The notes under the pieces were generated by a model. The model saw nothing but the letters and a program-made list of their open reading frames with translations, ran no database searches and was not told the origin of the DNA. The translations under genes and the position numbers were made by a program. A stretch of DNA of 64,000 nucleotides from Candidatus Saccharimonadota bacterium (GTDB lineage: Bacteria > Patescibacteriota > Saccharimonadia > Saccharimonadales > SZUA-47), in NCBI GenBank assembly GCA_016700315.1, contig CP065013.1, positions 321,449 through 385,448 on the forward strand, in the 5' to 3' direction. Of this stretch, positions 44,381-53,700 are shown in pieces. Each line of letters opens with the position of its first letter. Positions within the stretch are counted from its first letter, which is position 1.

Positions 44381-45058
44381 TTACCTGGTTTTTTGAGAAA
44401 AGACTGCGGCGTTAACGTGGCGGACGCCAGAGGCGCGCAGGGCTCGAGCTGCTTCTCTGATTGTCGAGCCGGTGGTATAAACATCATCAACTATTAATAC
44501 ATCTTGGCCGACGACGTATCGCGGCTTAGTAACATAGATTTTACCAATCAGTTGTTTGCGGCGCTCATCGGCTTTTGTGCCTACCTGAGCCTTTTGATCC
44601 AGACGAGCCAAAACAGGCTCATAAACCGCACCAAGTAAGCAGGCAAGTTCCTTGGCTATCATCTGGCTGTGGTCAAAGCCACGGCTACGGACGTGTTTGG
44701 TAATCGTCGGACAGGGGATAATAAGCGTCTGAGGTTTCATATAAGGCAGGGTCTCTGCAAGACTTTTGGCCATCTGGCGAGCCGCCTGGCGTTTGCCGCC
44801 AAACTTGAGAGCTTTTACAAGCTTTTTGGAGACCGAACTGTAGTCTGAAGCAACCCATATGTGCGCAACAGGAAATTCCTTTTTTGCAGCGTCACACAGG
44901 CTATAGCTGGTGCTTAGCTTTAGACAGTGTGCGCAACGACTCGGTGGTGGCACTACAAACTCCAAACGGCATGCCTCACAGACAATATCGCCTTCGTCAC
45001 CACACCCAACACAGTCATTCGGAGCTACGAACGATAATAATTTATCTAAAACCCTCAT
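44381..45058 (-). CDS. comFC: ComF-family protein (double zinc ribbon plus phosphoribosyltransferase domain)
   Basis: CVGCGDEGDIVCEACRLEF...CAHC and the PRTase motif VLIVDDVYTTGSTI. Confidence 0.8.
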   Translation of the reverse strand: MRVLDKLLSFVAPNDCVGCGDEGDIVCEACRLEFVVPPPSRCAHCLKLSTSYSLCDAAKKEFPVAHIWVASDYSSVSKKLVKALKFGGKRQAARQMAKSLAETLPYMKPQTLIIPCPTITKHVRSRGFDHSQMIAKELACLLGAVYEPVLARLDQKAQVGTKADERRKQLIGKIYVTKPRYVVGQDVLIVDDVYTTGSTIREAARALRASGVRHVNAAVFSQKTR

Positions 45059-45273
45059 GGTATTAACTCCCTTAAAAGCTAGTGTTGTGATTTTTGCGTT
45101 GTAAATTTAGTATGTCGGTTGCGCTCGGTTTAAGCCTTAAGCTATACTGGGATTAACACAAAAAGGCAAACATCAGCGCTTATCTAACACCCGACAAGGT
45201 GGATACTTGGGATTATACAGATTGACAGCGCTTTAACCATGAGCAAGAACTAATTTAGCCATAAGGAGGGAAA

Positions 45274-45765
45274 ATGGCCCGCAAAAATCGTGATGACGAC
45301 TTATTAATGGAAGATGAGCTAACGGCTGCGTTTTTGGGTGATGACCCAATGATGGACGATCAGTCAGCCAGTAATGACCCAACAAGTAGCCCGCAAGTTA
45401 GCGACAGCCCGGCAGATGACTGGGATGAAGAAGAGACGGTACCTGGCCAGCTAGCTGTTGATGTTTTTGAAACACGTGAGAAACTAGTCGTCAAAGCTCG
45501 CACAGCAGGTGTTAATAAGAACGATCTAGATGTTTCTATCGCCGACAATACTTTGAGCATTCGTGGCACACTTAGTGACGGTACAGAAGAAAGCGTTGAG
45601 AACTATTTTGTTCAAGAATGTTACTGGGGAGAATTCAGCCGCAGCATAGCACTTCCAGTACCCGTCAAAGAAGATGAGATTGAAGCCGTGCTCAAAGACG
45701 GCGTGTTGACCATTAGCTTTACTAAAGTGAAGCAAGATACCGTGAAGAAGATCCAGGTTTTGTAA
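45274..45765 (+). CDS. Hsp20/alpha-crystallin family small heat-shock protein
   Basis: GQLAVDVFETREKLVVKARTAGVNKNDLDVSIADNTLSIRG...FSRSIALPVPV...LKDGVLTISF. AAGGAGGG SD upstream. Confidence 0.85.
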   Translation: MARKNRDDDLLMEDELTAAFLGDDPMMDDQSASNDPTSSPQVSDSPADDWDEEETVPGQLAVDVFETREKLVVKARTAGVNKNDLDVSIADNTLSIRGTLSDGTEESVENYFVQECYWGEFSRSIALPVPVKEDEIEAVLKDGVLTISFTKVKQDTVKKIQVL

Positions 45766-45788
45766 AACAAACACACGGAACAAAAAAA

Positions 45789-45816
45789 TCGCTCCTCGAA
45801 AGAGGGGCGATTTTTT
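45789..45816 (+). terminator. rho-independent terminator after hsp20
   Basis: tcgctcctc-gaaa-gaggggcga followed by tttttt, with an A-run upstream (potentially bidirectional). Confidence 0.65.
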
Positions 45817-45866
45817 GACACATCATTACCTACATACCGTTTTTTACAATATTACTATAATACTTA

Positions 45867-45902
45867 ATAACAGGGTCAGACCCTGACATCTGTTATTTTT
45901 TG
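45867..45902 (+). repeat. REP-like palindromic element flanking the Y1 transposase gene (left)
   Basis: ataacagggtcagaccctgacatctgttattttttg, with inverted repeats CAGGGTC/GACCCTG and ATAACAG/CTGTTAT. Confidence 0.8.
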
Positions 45903-45934
45903 TTATATACAAAGTATAGTATATTTAAGTAGGA

Positions 45935-46558
45935 ATGCCTGGTAAAAATTCTCGTAAAATTTATTCGTCCGAACACTACTATCATGTCTATAACCGTGGT
46001 GTTGGTAAGCAAATTATTTTTCATGACAGCTTTGATAAATCCCATTTCTTACACATAATTAAGCGCCACCTAGACCCAACGGATAAGTCCACTAGGTCTG
46101 ATAAGCTTCCTTACCGCAAGTTTAACGACGACATTGAATTACTCAGTTACTGTCTGATGGGTAACCATTTTCATCTTTTGCTTTACGTCAAAGGCAGGGC
46201 AGAGAATCTACCGATATTCATACAGTCGGTTATGACAGCCTACACAATGCACTATAACAAGCGCTACAAGAGAGTAGGGAGCTTATTTCAGGGAGTATAT
46301 AAGGCGAGTATGATACTTGATGAATCGTACTTGTTACATATAACAAGATACATACACCTTAACCCTAGAAATTATCAAAACTACTTTTATTCGAGTTTGA
46401 GATATTACCTAGATGGCTCTATCTGCCCTAAATGGCTGAACCCAAAACGCATACTAGAGATGTTCGAGAAGGAAGAATATAAAATATTCGTCGAGGATAG
46501 ATTATCTTACGAAGAATCATTGCCGATACTTAAGAAGTTTGAACTTGCCCATCCTTAG
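45935..46558 (+). CDS. IS200/IS605-type Y1 (HUH) transposase-like protein, RAYT-like
   Basis: YHVYNRG, the HUH motif GNHFHLLL, YNKRYKRVGSLFQGVYK, and the catalytic-Tyr helix ITRYIHLNP. It is a single gene flanked by inverted REP-like elements. Confidence 0.8.
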   Translation: MPGKNSRKIYSSEHYYHVYNRGVGKQIIFHDSFDKSHFLHIIKRHLDPTDKSTRSDKLPYRKFNDDIELLSYCLMGNHFHLLLYVKGRAENLPIFIQSVMTAYTMHYNKRYKRVGSLFQGVYKASMILDESYLLHITRYIHLNPRNYQNYFYSSLRYYLDGSICPKWLNPKRILEMFEKEEYKIFVEDRLSYEESLPILKKFELAHP

Positions 46559-46608
46559 CCCTTAGACTAACCATAAATTTCTCGCGCAATGCCACAAAAC
46601 CTATATTG

Positions 46609-46644
46609 CAAAAAATAACAGATGTCAGGGTCTGACCCTGTTAT
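46609..46644 (-). repeat. REP-like palindromic element flanking the Y1 transposase gene (right, inverted)
   Basis: caaaaaataacagatgtcagggtctgaccctgttat is the reverse complement of the left copy with one central change. Confidence 0.8.
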
Positions 46645-46676
46645 TAAAGAACTTACTGGATTGTCAAATTTGGAGG

Positions 46677-47087
46677 CTAGCTAATGGTGGTGGTAATACG
46701 GCCGAGGACGAATTTGACTATAAACTGCGACAGCGCGACTACTACTAGGCCAATTATGGCGTAGAGAATGGTGTTCTTGGCGCTGGTGACGTTGCCTGAA
46801 TCGCCCCCGCTGGTGATATATTTGAAGCCAGCAATTATGATCATGATTACTGCTACAACACCAACAACTAGTGAAAACATATTGATCACAAAAGTAATTG
46901 TTTCGTTAATTTTGACATTAGCCTCTCCGCTCGTGGCATCACAAGTTGTGCCTGCGCCAACTTCCAAGTTCGCACCTTCGCATAGCTTATTTTGGATGTC
47001 TGGTGCCGCTATAACTGGTGCAGCAATCAATCCTGTAATTAGTACCGTTGATAAAGCTAGTGACATTCGCTTAAATATATTTTTCAT
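46677..47087 (-). CDS. T4SS pilin-like protein (TrbC/VirB2-type two-TM hairpin), paralogue 1
   Basis: MKNIFKRMSLALSTVLITGLIAAPVIAAP signal, Cys pair LCEGANLEVGAGTTCD, and core VVAVIMIIIAGFKYITSGGDSGNVTSAKNTILYAIIGLVVVAL. The start is set at the internal ATG 47087. Confidence 0.6.
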   Translation of the reverse strand: MKNIFKRMSLALSTVLITGLIAAPVIAAPDIQNKLCEGANLEVGAGTTCDATSGEANVKINETITFVINMFSLVVGVVAVIMIIIAGFKYITSGGDSGNVTSAKNTILYAIIGLVVVALSQFIVKFVLGRITTTIS

Positions 47088-47175
47088 CCTTACCGTCCTT
47101 TGTCGAAAGTTAATGAGTTTGTTTATACAGATAGTATAGCGCCTTGGTCTAAATCCATAAAGCAAGAATCGCTCT

Positions 47176-47207
47176 TACAAAAACCCTCGGACTCAGCCCG
47201 AGGGTTT
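47176..47207 (-). terminator. hairpin plus T-run (minus strand) between pilin paralogues 2 and 1
   Basis: On the minus strand, aaaccctcgg-gctgagt-ccgagggttt is followed by ttgtaag; on the + strand an A-run precedes the stem. Confidence 0.55.
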
Positions 47208-47228
47208 AATTAAAGTAGTTGCGTGGCT

Positions 47229-47678
47229 TTAATTGTTGCTTGTAGTGCTGCTGGCTTTGCCGAGTACGAACTTAACAATAAACTGGGCCAATGCTACAAC
47301 TACTAAACCAATAGCAGCGTAGACTATGGTGTTCTTGGCGCTAGTAACTTTGCCAGAGTCGCCGCCACTGGTAATGTATTTGAAACCAGCAAAAATTATC
47401 ATGATAACTGCTACGACACCAACTACTACAGAGAACAGGTTAATTACAAAAGTAATTGTCTTGTTGACTGCAGTATTGCTCTCAGACTCTAGAGCGGCTT
47501 CGTCTGCACAGTTAGTGTTATCACCGATTTGGAGGTTGGCCCCCTCACAAAGTTTTTGCTTTATGGCTGGCGTTTCTTGAGCGTGAACCGCAACTGGGCT
47601 AAGCACTGGTGCTGCAAAAGACGCTAACAGTAACGCCGAGCTGAAAAATGTTGATATTTTGCTGATTAGTTTTTTCAT
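47229..47678 (-). CDS. T4SS pilin-like protein, paralogue 2
   Basis: Signal peptide ...AVHAQE, LCEGANLQIGDNTNCAD, and core AGFKYITSGGDSGKVTSAKNTIVYAAIGLVVVALAQFIVKFVLG. Confidence 0.6.
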   Translation of the reverse strand: MKKLISKISTFFSSALLLASFAAPVLSPVAVHAQETPAIKQKLCEGANLQIGDNTNCADEAALESESNTAVNKTITFVINLFSVVVGVVAVIMIIFAGFKYITSGGDSGKVTSAKNTIVYAAIGLVVVALAQFIVKFVLGKASSTTSNN

Positions 47679-47736
47679 AATTTTTCCTTATTTATTAATC
47701 TTATTTATAGCAGTTCAAATATTATTAGGCAATAGG

Positions 47737-48204
47737 CTAGCGTATTGTAGCCCCCCCGCCACCACCACCGCCCGATGCTGCATCTCCAGTAGCAGTTGCT
47801 TTCGCTAATACAAATCGCACAATTACCTGAGCAAGTGCTGCTATTACTAGGCCAATTAATGCATAGACGATGGTGTTCTTGGCGCTGGTTACCTTGCCTG
47901 AATCACCACCACTAGTGATATACTTGAAACCGCCAAAAAGCACCATAATGACGGCTACTACTCCAACCAAAATAGATAAGATATTTATTACTGAGCTAAT
48001 CGTACTGGAGACACCTTTATTGTTTGAGTCAGCATCGCCACAGGCACTCCCGCCCGTCGGGTCGAGCTCGATACCTGAGCATAATCCTTCCTGAATGCCT
48101 TGAGCCTGCGCTTGCCCGACTACGTTAAATGGTATGGTCGCAAAAGCTAATAGAGCTACCCCTAGGTACGTTTTTTTGATAATTCTTGCCAGCATTTTGA
48201 TCAT
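47737..48204 (-). CDS. T4SS pilin-like protein, paralogue 3
   Basis: The start is set at ATG 48204, preceded by AAGGAG. LCSGIELDPTGGSACGD, core GGFKYITSGGDSGKVTSAKNTIVYALIGLVIAALAQ, and a Gly-rich tail GGGGGGGATIR. Confidence 0.6.
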   Translation of the reverse strand: MIKMLARIIKKTYLGVALLAFATIPFNVVGQAQAQGIQEGLCSGIELDPTGGSACGDADSNNKGVSSTISSVINILSILVGVVAVIMVLFGGFKYITSGGDSGKVTSAKNTIVYALIGLVIAALAQVIVRFVLAKATATGDAASGGGGGGGATIR

Positions 48205-48214
48205 TTTCTCCTTC

Positions 48215-48694
48215 TTATCTACAAAGCTCAGCTGTACTTGCACCACCAGCTGCGCTGTTAACGCTTACTTTTCTACCATCGGGGCAGGTAATTGTCTGAA
48301 CCGATGACCCGCCGCCAGTTGCACCACTTTTATTTAGTACGAAGCGGACGATTGACTGAGCAAGAGCTACTACTATCAGCCCAACCAGTGCGTACAGGAT
48401 AGTATTTTTGGCAGATTTTACAGCGTTGCCATCTCCTTGAGAGGTAACATATTTTAGACCACCTATGATTATCATGACTACCGAAATAATACCCACAATA
48501 ATCGAGAGCAGATTGATGACCCTTTTGATGGTCGTGCTGATGCCCGGGTCTTCTGCGGTTTCACTGCAGCCACCGAGTCCTTCACAAACTGCGTCACTAG
48601 CTGCGCTAGCTTGAACAGCCACTGGAGCCAAAGTTACACCAATGGCAAACAGGCTGCTAAAGCCCAAGATGAGCATTTTTAGTCTTTGTTTCAT
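48215..48694 (-). CDS. T4SS pilin-like protein, paralogue 4
   Basis: Signal ...AVQASA, VCEGLGGCSE, core GGLKYVTSQGDGNAVKSAKNTILYALVGLIVVALAQ, and a C-terminal tail with a second Cys pair (TCPDG...ELCR). Confidence 0.6.
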   Translation of the reverse strand: MKQRLKMLILGFSSLFAIGVTLAPVAVQASAASDAVCEGLGGCSETAEDPGISTTIKRVINLLSIIVGIISVVMIIIGGLKYVTSQGDGNAVKSAKNTILYALVGLIVVALAQSIVRFVLNKSGATGGGSSVQTITCPDGRKVSVNSAAGGASTAELCR

Positions 48695-49083
48695 TATTTA
48701 ATTGTCCTTTCTACAAAGAATTGTACTATAGCTTTGGCCAAAATCGCGATCAATACGCCAACTAGGGCAGCGATAATAGTGTCGCGACCGCCAGAAAAAC
48801 CCTTGGGGTCTCCTTGAGAAGTAATCATCTTTATTCCGCCATAAATTATCATTACTACTGCGGCGACACCTACAACATAGAGTACGAGGTTAGCGGCTTT
48901 AACAATGATACCCTCAGGCCCCGAGACGGGATTACTTGTACTTTGCCTATCGTTGCATACCGTACTGTCTGAAACACCATTACAGGCGCTATCTAAAGGA
49001 TCAAAAGCAGCAACCTTTACACTCAGGCTCGTTGCTGCCAAAATTCCGATCATGATGTACATAAGCAGTGCGAGCTTTCTCAT
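48694..49083 (-). CDS. T4SS pilin-like protein, paralogue 5
   Basis: Signal, ACNGVSDSTVCND, and core GGIKMITSQGDPKGFSGGRDTIIAALVGVLIAILAKA. The stop overlaps the paralogue 4 start (TAATG). Confidence 0.55.
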   Translation of the reverse strand: MRKLALLMYIMIGILAATSLSVKVAAFDPLDSACNGVSDSTVCNDRQSTSNPVSGPEGIIVKAANLVLYVVGVAAVVMIIYGGIKMITSQGDPKGFSGGRDTIIAALVGVLIAILAKAIVQFFVERTIK

Positions 49084-49085
49084 AT

Positions 49086-49394
49086 CTAGCTAATCCTTCC
49101 TACTACGAACCTGACTATGGAGAATGCTAGAGCTATGATCAGCAAGCCGATTGAGGCATATATAATGGTATTCTTGGCCTTGCTGGTAGATTGTGGATTG
49201 CCCTCGCTTAAAGTATAGCGTAGTCCAGCAATGACAATTATCAAAAACGCTATGGCTCCAGCAATCGCAAGTACCAGCTGTAGAGCATCTGTCAAGGTAC
49301 TGCCAGACCCAACTCTAGTATCTAGGCTAGCCTTCGGTATTTCCAGCTCATCTGGATTGATAGCTTGTGCCAAAAGTTTAATAGCCACTAGCAT
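49086..49394 (-). CDS. T4SS pilin-like protein, paralogue 6
   Basis: Core AGLRYTLSEGNPQSTSKAKNTIIYASIGLLIIALAFSIVRFVVG. ATG 49394 is preferred over the TTG at 49421 given in the track. The N-terminal leader is short. Confidence 0.5.
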   Translation of the reverse strand: MLVAIKLLAQAINPDELEIPKASLDTRVGSGSTLTDALQLVLAIAGAIAFLIIVIAGLRYTLSEGNPQSTSKAKNTIIYASIGLLIIALAFSIVRFVVGRIS

Positions 49395-49395
49395 A

Positions 49396-50031
49396 TTAGC
49401 CCCCAAACCTATTACCCACAAAACTTACGATACCTACAGATATTAAGACCAAGACCAGTCCAATTAGAGAGTTGATAATCGTCGACTTGGCGTTTTTGGC
49501 AGATTCTGGCTCACCTTGGCTAGTAATATACTTAACGCCACCAATGACGATGAACACTACTGCCACAAGACCGGCGAGCCTAATCATAATGTCCAAAACG
49601 GCAATGCCTATTGGCAAGAAGTCCTTACTCGCTTTTAGATTAAAGCTACATTTGCCGTCTTCATCAAGTGTGCCTCTGAGGTATTTGTACCAGGTTGGGA
49701 TGCCCAAAACCGTTTGACGGCCCGCATTACAACTACTATCTGTAACGGACGTTGGAGCCGAAGGTTGTTGGATTGAACTACAACTGACCTTGTTGAACGG
49801 CGTATCACCGTTAGCGACCCTTTGGAGAAAACAGGAGCCATTGTCTACTTCGGCAATAAACTCGTTAGGACATTCAACTTTTGTTATCTTGCCGTTATCG
49901 TTCTGGTAACAGCCAGCCGTAGCGGCCTGAGCTGGTGCAGCAGCCAACATTATTAGCCAAAAAGCCTGCAAACTAACCACACTTGCAGCAACTAATCTGG
50001 CTAAAAGAAACTTTTTTGTGTTTTGCTTCAT
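49396..50031 (-). CDS. T4SS pilin-like protein with an enlarged Cys-rich ectodomain, paralogue 7
   Basis: Signal ...AAPAQAA, a ~110-aa region with 7 Cys, then GGVKYITSQGEPESAKNAKSTIINSLIGLVLVLISV. Confidence 0.55.
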   Translation of the reverse strand: MKQNTKKFLLARLVAASVVSLQAFWLIMLAAAPAQAATAGCYQNDNGKITKVECPNEFIAEVDNGSCFLQRVANGDTPFNKVSCSSIQQPSAPTSVTDSSCNAGRQTVLGIPTWYKYLRGTLDEDGKCSFNLKASKDFLPIGIAVLDIMIRLAGLVAVVFIVIGGVKYITSQGEPESAKNAKSTIINSLIGLVLVLISVGIVSFVGNRFGG

Positions 50032-50086
50032 TATGGTTTTATTTTGTCATTAATGTTTATTTTTAACAAGTTACTTGTGCTTTTGA

Positions 50087-50608
50087 TTAGGGGAACAGGC
50101 CTCCTGGAATTAGCCAGTTCAAAATGGCGTACATAAAGATGTATAGCAAAAGCGCCACCAAGGTCATGATTATCCTGTTTTTGGCAGCCGTCACAATCCC
50201 GGCGTTAGCACGAGCCGTCATATACTGGTAGCCAGCCCAGATGAGCGAGAAAGTTATCGCAATACCTGCAACTGCACTCAGAAAGTTAATCCCATTCTTT
50301 AGATACACTAGCATCTGACAGGGCTTAGAGGGGTCGTTGATATTATCACACTCGGTATCAATTTTTGTCGCAGCTGTTTTGTCGGTATAGCCTTTTGTGC
50401 CACAAGCTTTTGCATAATCAGCAGTCGTAAATATAGCCCCCGTTCTCTTAGCCGTAACTTTGGAGCCATCATTGCATACTATCTCTATTTCGAAAGGGTC
50501 CACTGCTGCATTAACAACGTTTTTCTTAAGTGCTATACCAAACAACCCCAGTAGTGCTATCAAAGCAGACGAAAAATATATTTTAGACTTTTTTGTCATT
50601 AAGTACAT
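50087..50608 (-). CDS. T4SS pilin-like protein, most divergent paralogue 8
   Basis: Signal/anchor, a Cys-containing ~85-aa region, then AGYQYMTARANAGIVTAAKNRIIMTLVALLLYIF. Same two-TM layout. Confidence 0.5.
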   Translation of the reverse strand: MYLMTKKSKIYFSSALIALLGLFGIALKKNVVNAAVDPFEIEIVCNDGSKVTAKRTGAIFTTADYAKACGTKGYTDKTAATKIDTECDNINDPSKPCQMLVYLKNGINFLSAVAGIAITFSLIWAGYQYMTARANAGIVTAAKNRIIMTLVALLLYIFMYAILNWLIPGGLFP

Positions 50609-50718
50609 TTTGTCACACGATACAAACTAAGACAAACGACCGCAGTAATTTACCGCATTATAGAACCTTTATAAGGTGTCCTTTTAACTAGAACTCTGGT
50701 ATATTTGTTGTATAAGTT

Positions 50719-53700
50719 ATGGTTAGAAATAAGTTATCGAGTATCTACCCACTGGTCGTATTTATAATACTTCTTTTGGCTAGTTCGATGCAGAGTATAT
50801 TGCTAGGCAATAGCCAAGCATTTGCTGCAACAAACCCAAAGGTACCTTGTACGACCTTCAGTAACGACAAGATTGTAGGAGATACTAAACTTGATTGGGT
50901 TGACAGGGCACATATCAGAGCCGTGATCGGTGGTGATGTAACGAATACCTTATTTTTCGAGGATGTAAACATCGATGACCAGGTAGACCAGTTCGAGGTT
51001 ATGAACTACGATGGCTGTTTTGGTCGGGTTAATCTTCCTGACCGTACCGGGCTTGTTTCTAACAAAGACAGCACTGCTATTCTTGATCTCGATTTTAAGG
51101 ATAACAACGACTCATCCTCGCAAAACACAGATCCTGGAAAAGTGAGCATTATCGTTGGATCAAGACAGAATTCTAAAATCCTTTACAGGTATACTGACAG
51201 CTCGCATATAACGTACGTTGCGAACGGGAAAGCAGATGGTGATCAGGTTGGGTGGGACGGTACGTTCACGCAAAGTACGTCAAACCCAAATTTGTTTTTG
51301 CAAGACAGAGATACAGCGGAAACCTGTCGTGATAGAATTTCTGTCCAGCCAGATGGTAGAGTAATATTTTACGCACTTTCTAAAGATGGGAGCGTCCCGT
51401 CGCCTCCTGATGCGCATGACCCGTCTTGTAAGGTTGGATATGTCAATAACAACATTACCCCTCCGGTAAGGTCCGATGGCTCTTTGGACACGACTGCATC
51501 GAGCATACCAATTGCTCCAGTGGATAATGGTAGTTCGTATGCTGGACTAGCCCCTTTACCAGGAGGAGTAGGTGATGCCTCTGCAACTGAGCCCTCTTGC
51601 GAAAGCGAGGGGGGGTCTTTTAGTTGGCTGATGTGTCCAGCGCTTGAGCTAGTTAGCGGCATTTTGAATTTTATCGACAGTCAACTAAATAGCCTGCTTA
51701 ACCTCCCAGATAGTTACTACAAGTGCCAACCTGATGGTTCTGGCTGTACCGTAAAAAATGCTTGGAGCCGCATGAGGAATCTAGCTTACATAATCTTGAT
51801 TCCGGTAATGCTAGTGATGGTAATAAGTACGGCACTAGGGTTTAAATTTGTAGATGCTTACACGGTCAAGCGAGCTATGCCTAGACTTCTGGCAGCAGTT
51901 ATATTTATTAGTCTTTCTTTGCCGATAGTCACAATTATGGCTGATATTGCAAATGGTGTCGGCAAAGGCATCATGGGGCTTATCTTGGGAGCCGTTACTG
52001 GCGATAACGCTAACAATATCACACTGGCCTCTCTTTTTGACCCAGGCTTAGGCGGTGACGGTTTATTGGCTGTAGGTATTGGAGGGGGAGGTTTACTTGT
52101 TGCCGGTCTAGCAGCAAGCACTATGGCAATAGGGTTGATAGGAGTTGTTTTGTTATTTGGTCTTTCGGCAGTTGCCTCAATAATCGTGCTGTTCTTTGTG
52201 ATGGCACTAAGACAAATGATTTTAGTTACTTTAATGATTCTTTCGCCTCTAGCAATATTAAGCTGGATATTCCCAGGCAACGACAAGTTGTGGAAAATTT
52301 GGAAAGAATCTTTTACTAAACTTCTGATGCTATACCCTATAGTGATGTTGCTAATCGCCTCCGGCAAGGCTTTTGCGTTCATTGTTGATGGTGTTTCTGA
52401 AAGCTCTTTCTTGAACCGCATTTTAGTATTAGTTGCATATATCGCTCCGTATTTCTTAATTAAAGGGACTTTTAAGTTGGCGGGCAGTACATTTGGCAAT
52501 CTAGCTGGGATGGTCAACGATCGCAGTAAAGGCTTTTTTGATAGGAATCGTAAAATGCGCTCTAAGCTTCTCGGCAACACAGCCTCTAAAGGCTGGAAGT
52601 CAATGAGAAACAATAAATTCCTCCCCGGCGGAGAAGGACATAATTTTTCTGAAAGACTCAATCACAGACTGGGCAGGCTAGCAAACATGGACGCCGCATT
52701 TGATGGAGGTATTAGAAAAGCACTCAATAAAGACTACAGGGCCAGCCAGATCGATGCAAGAGAGACCGAAAACAAGGCACACGAAATGGCCGAAATACTA
52801 AAAAAAGCAGGCCCACATATGAAACTTGACGACTTTTCGGGTCTCGCCTCAGCAGTTTCTGGCGAACTTTCCACCGAGGACCTCCGTGACCGCTTCCTCA
52901 AGATTTGGGGTGAAGGCAAGGTGAAAGGTTGGGAAAATCTAGTTGAATTCGAGATGCAAGACGGCAAATTCGTACTCGATGACAAAGGCAATAAAGTAGT
53001 AGCGAGAGACAAGCGAGGTATAGCAATAGCCAGTGCCCAAGGTAACCAGAGACTTACGAGCACTCTCGATAAAATATCTAGCATTCACCACGAAAAAGGA
53101 TCTACGGAAGCGATTCGGGAGGCTCTCGTTCAGGCTGAAACATTTGGAACAGATACTAAAGCACTTGACGAGTATGTTGCTTACTTCGATGCTCAGAAGC
53201 GTAAATACGACGAACAATCCCTTGAGATGGCCTATGTTCAAGCAGCTAACGAGGGTGGCACATACTATTCCAACGAAGAACACCTGCTAAGGGCTGCGGA
53301 AAAATCTACAAGGGGCAACTCCTCCTTACGGGCGCATATGGCAGCGACCCAGAGAGGTGTAGCAGTAAATGCTGGTAGAGCGGACTTGGGTGGAGGTGCC
53401 TTCGGAAGAACCTTTGCCCGTATGGCCGAGATTAGCGAACTTGATAGAGAAATACGCGAGACAGAGATAGAAGGTAACAGGAAGCTAAAAGCCGCCGTTG
53501 AGAGCGGAAACGAAGAGCAAATCAAGACAGTCAGAAACGAGAATGATAGAAAGATCAGGGAGCTACGAACAAGAAAGGACGAGAGAGCATTTAATTACGC
53601 AGATCATATGTATGAAAATTCTCCAGCATCAATCGCGCTCCATCATCAGATGAAAACCGGTTCAATGGGACTAAACTATATATCAACACTCATGAGAAGA

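Noticed and set aside
44027-44497. ORFs 44027-44290 (-) and 44297-44497 (+)
   Set aside because: The first runs through the MITE and the 3' end of the 390-aa gene. The second is antisense to comFC. Neither has supporting signals.
51858-52661. 267-aa minus-strand ORF, together with other antisense ORFs at 51369-51662, 52734-53283 and 53265-53525
   Set aside because: All are nested antisense within the 1150-aa VirB6-like gene. They have no independent signals, and the sense frame has coherent TM and domain structure.
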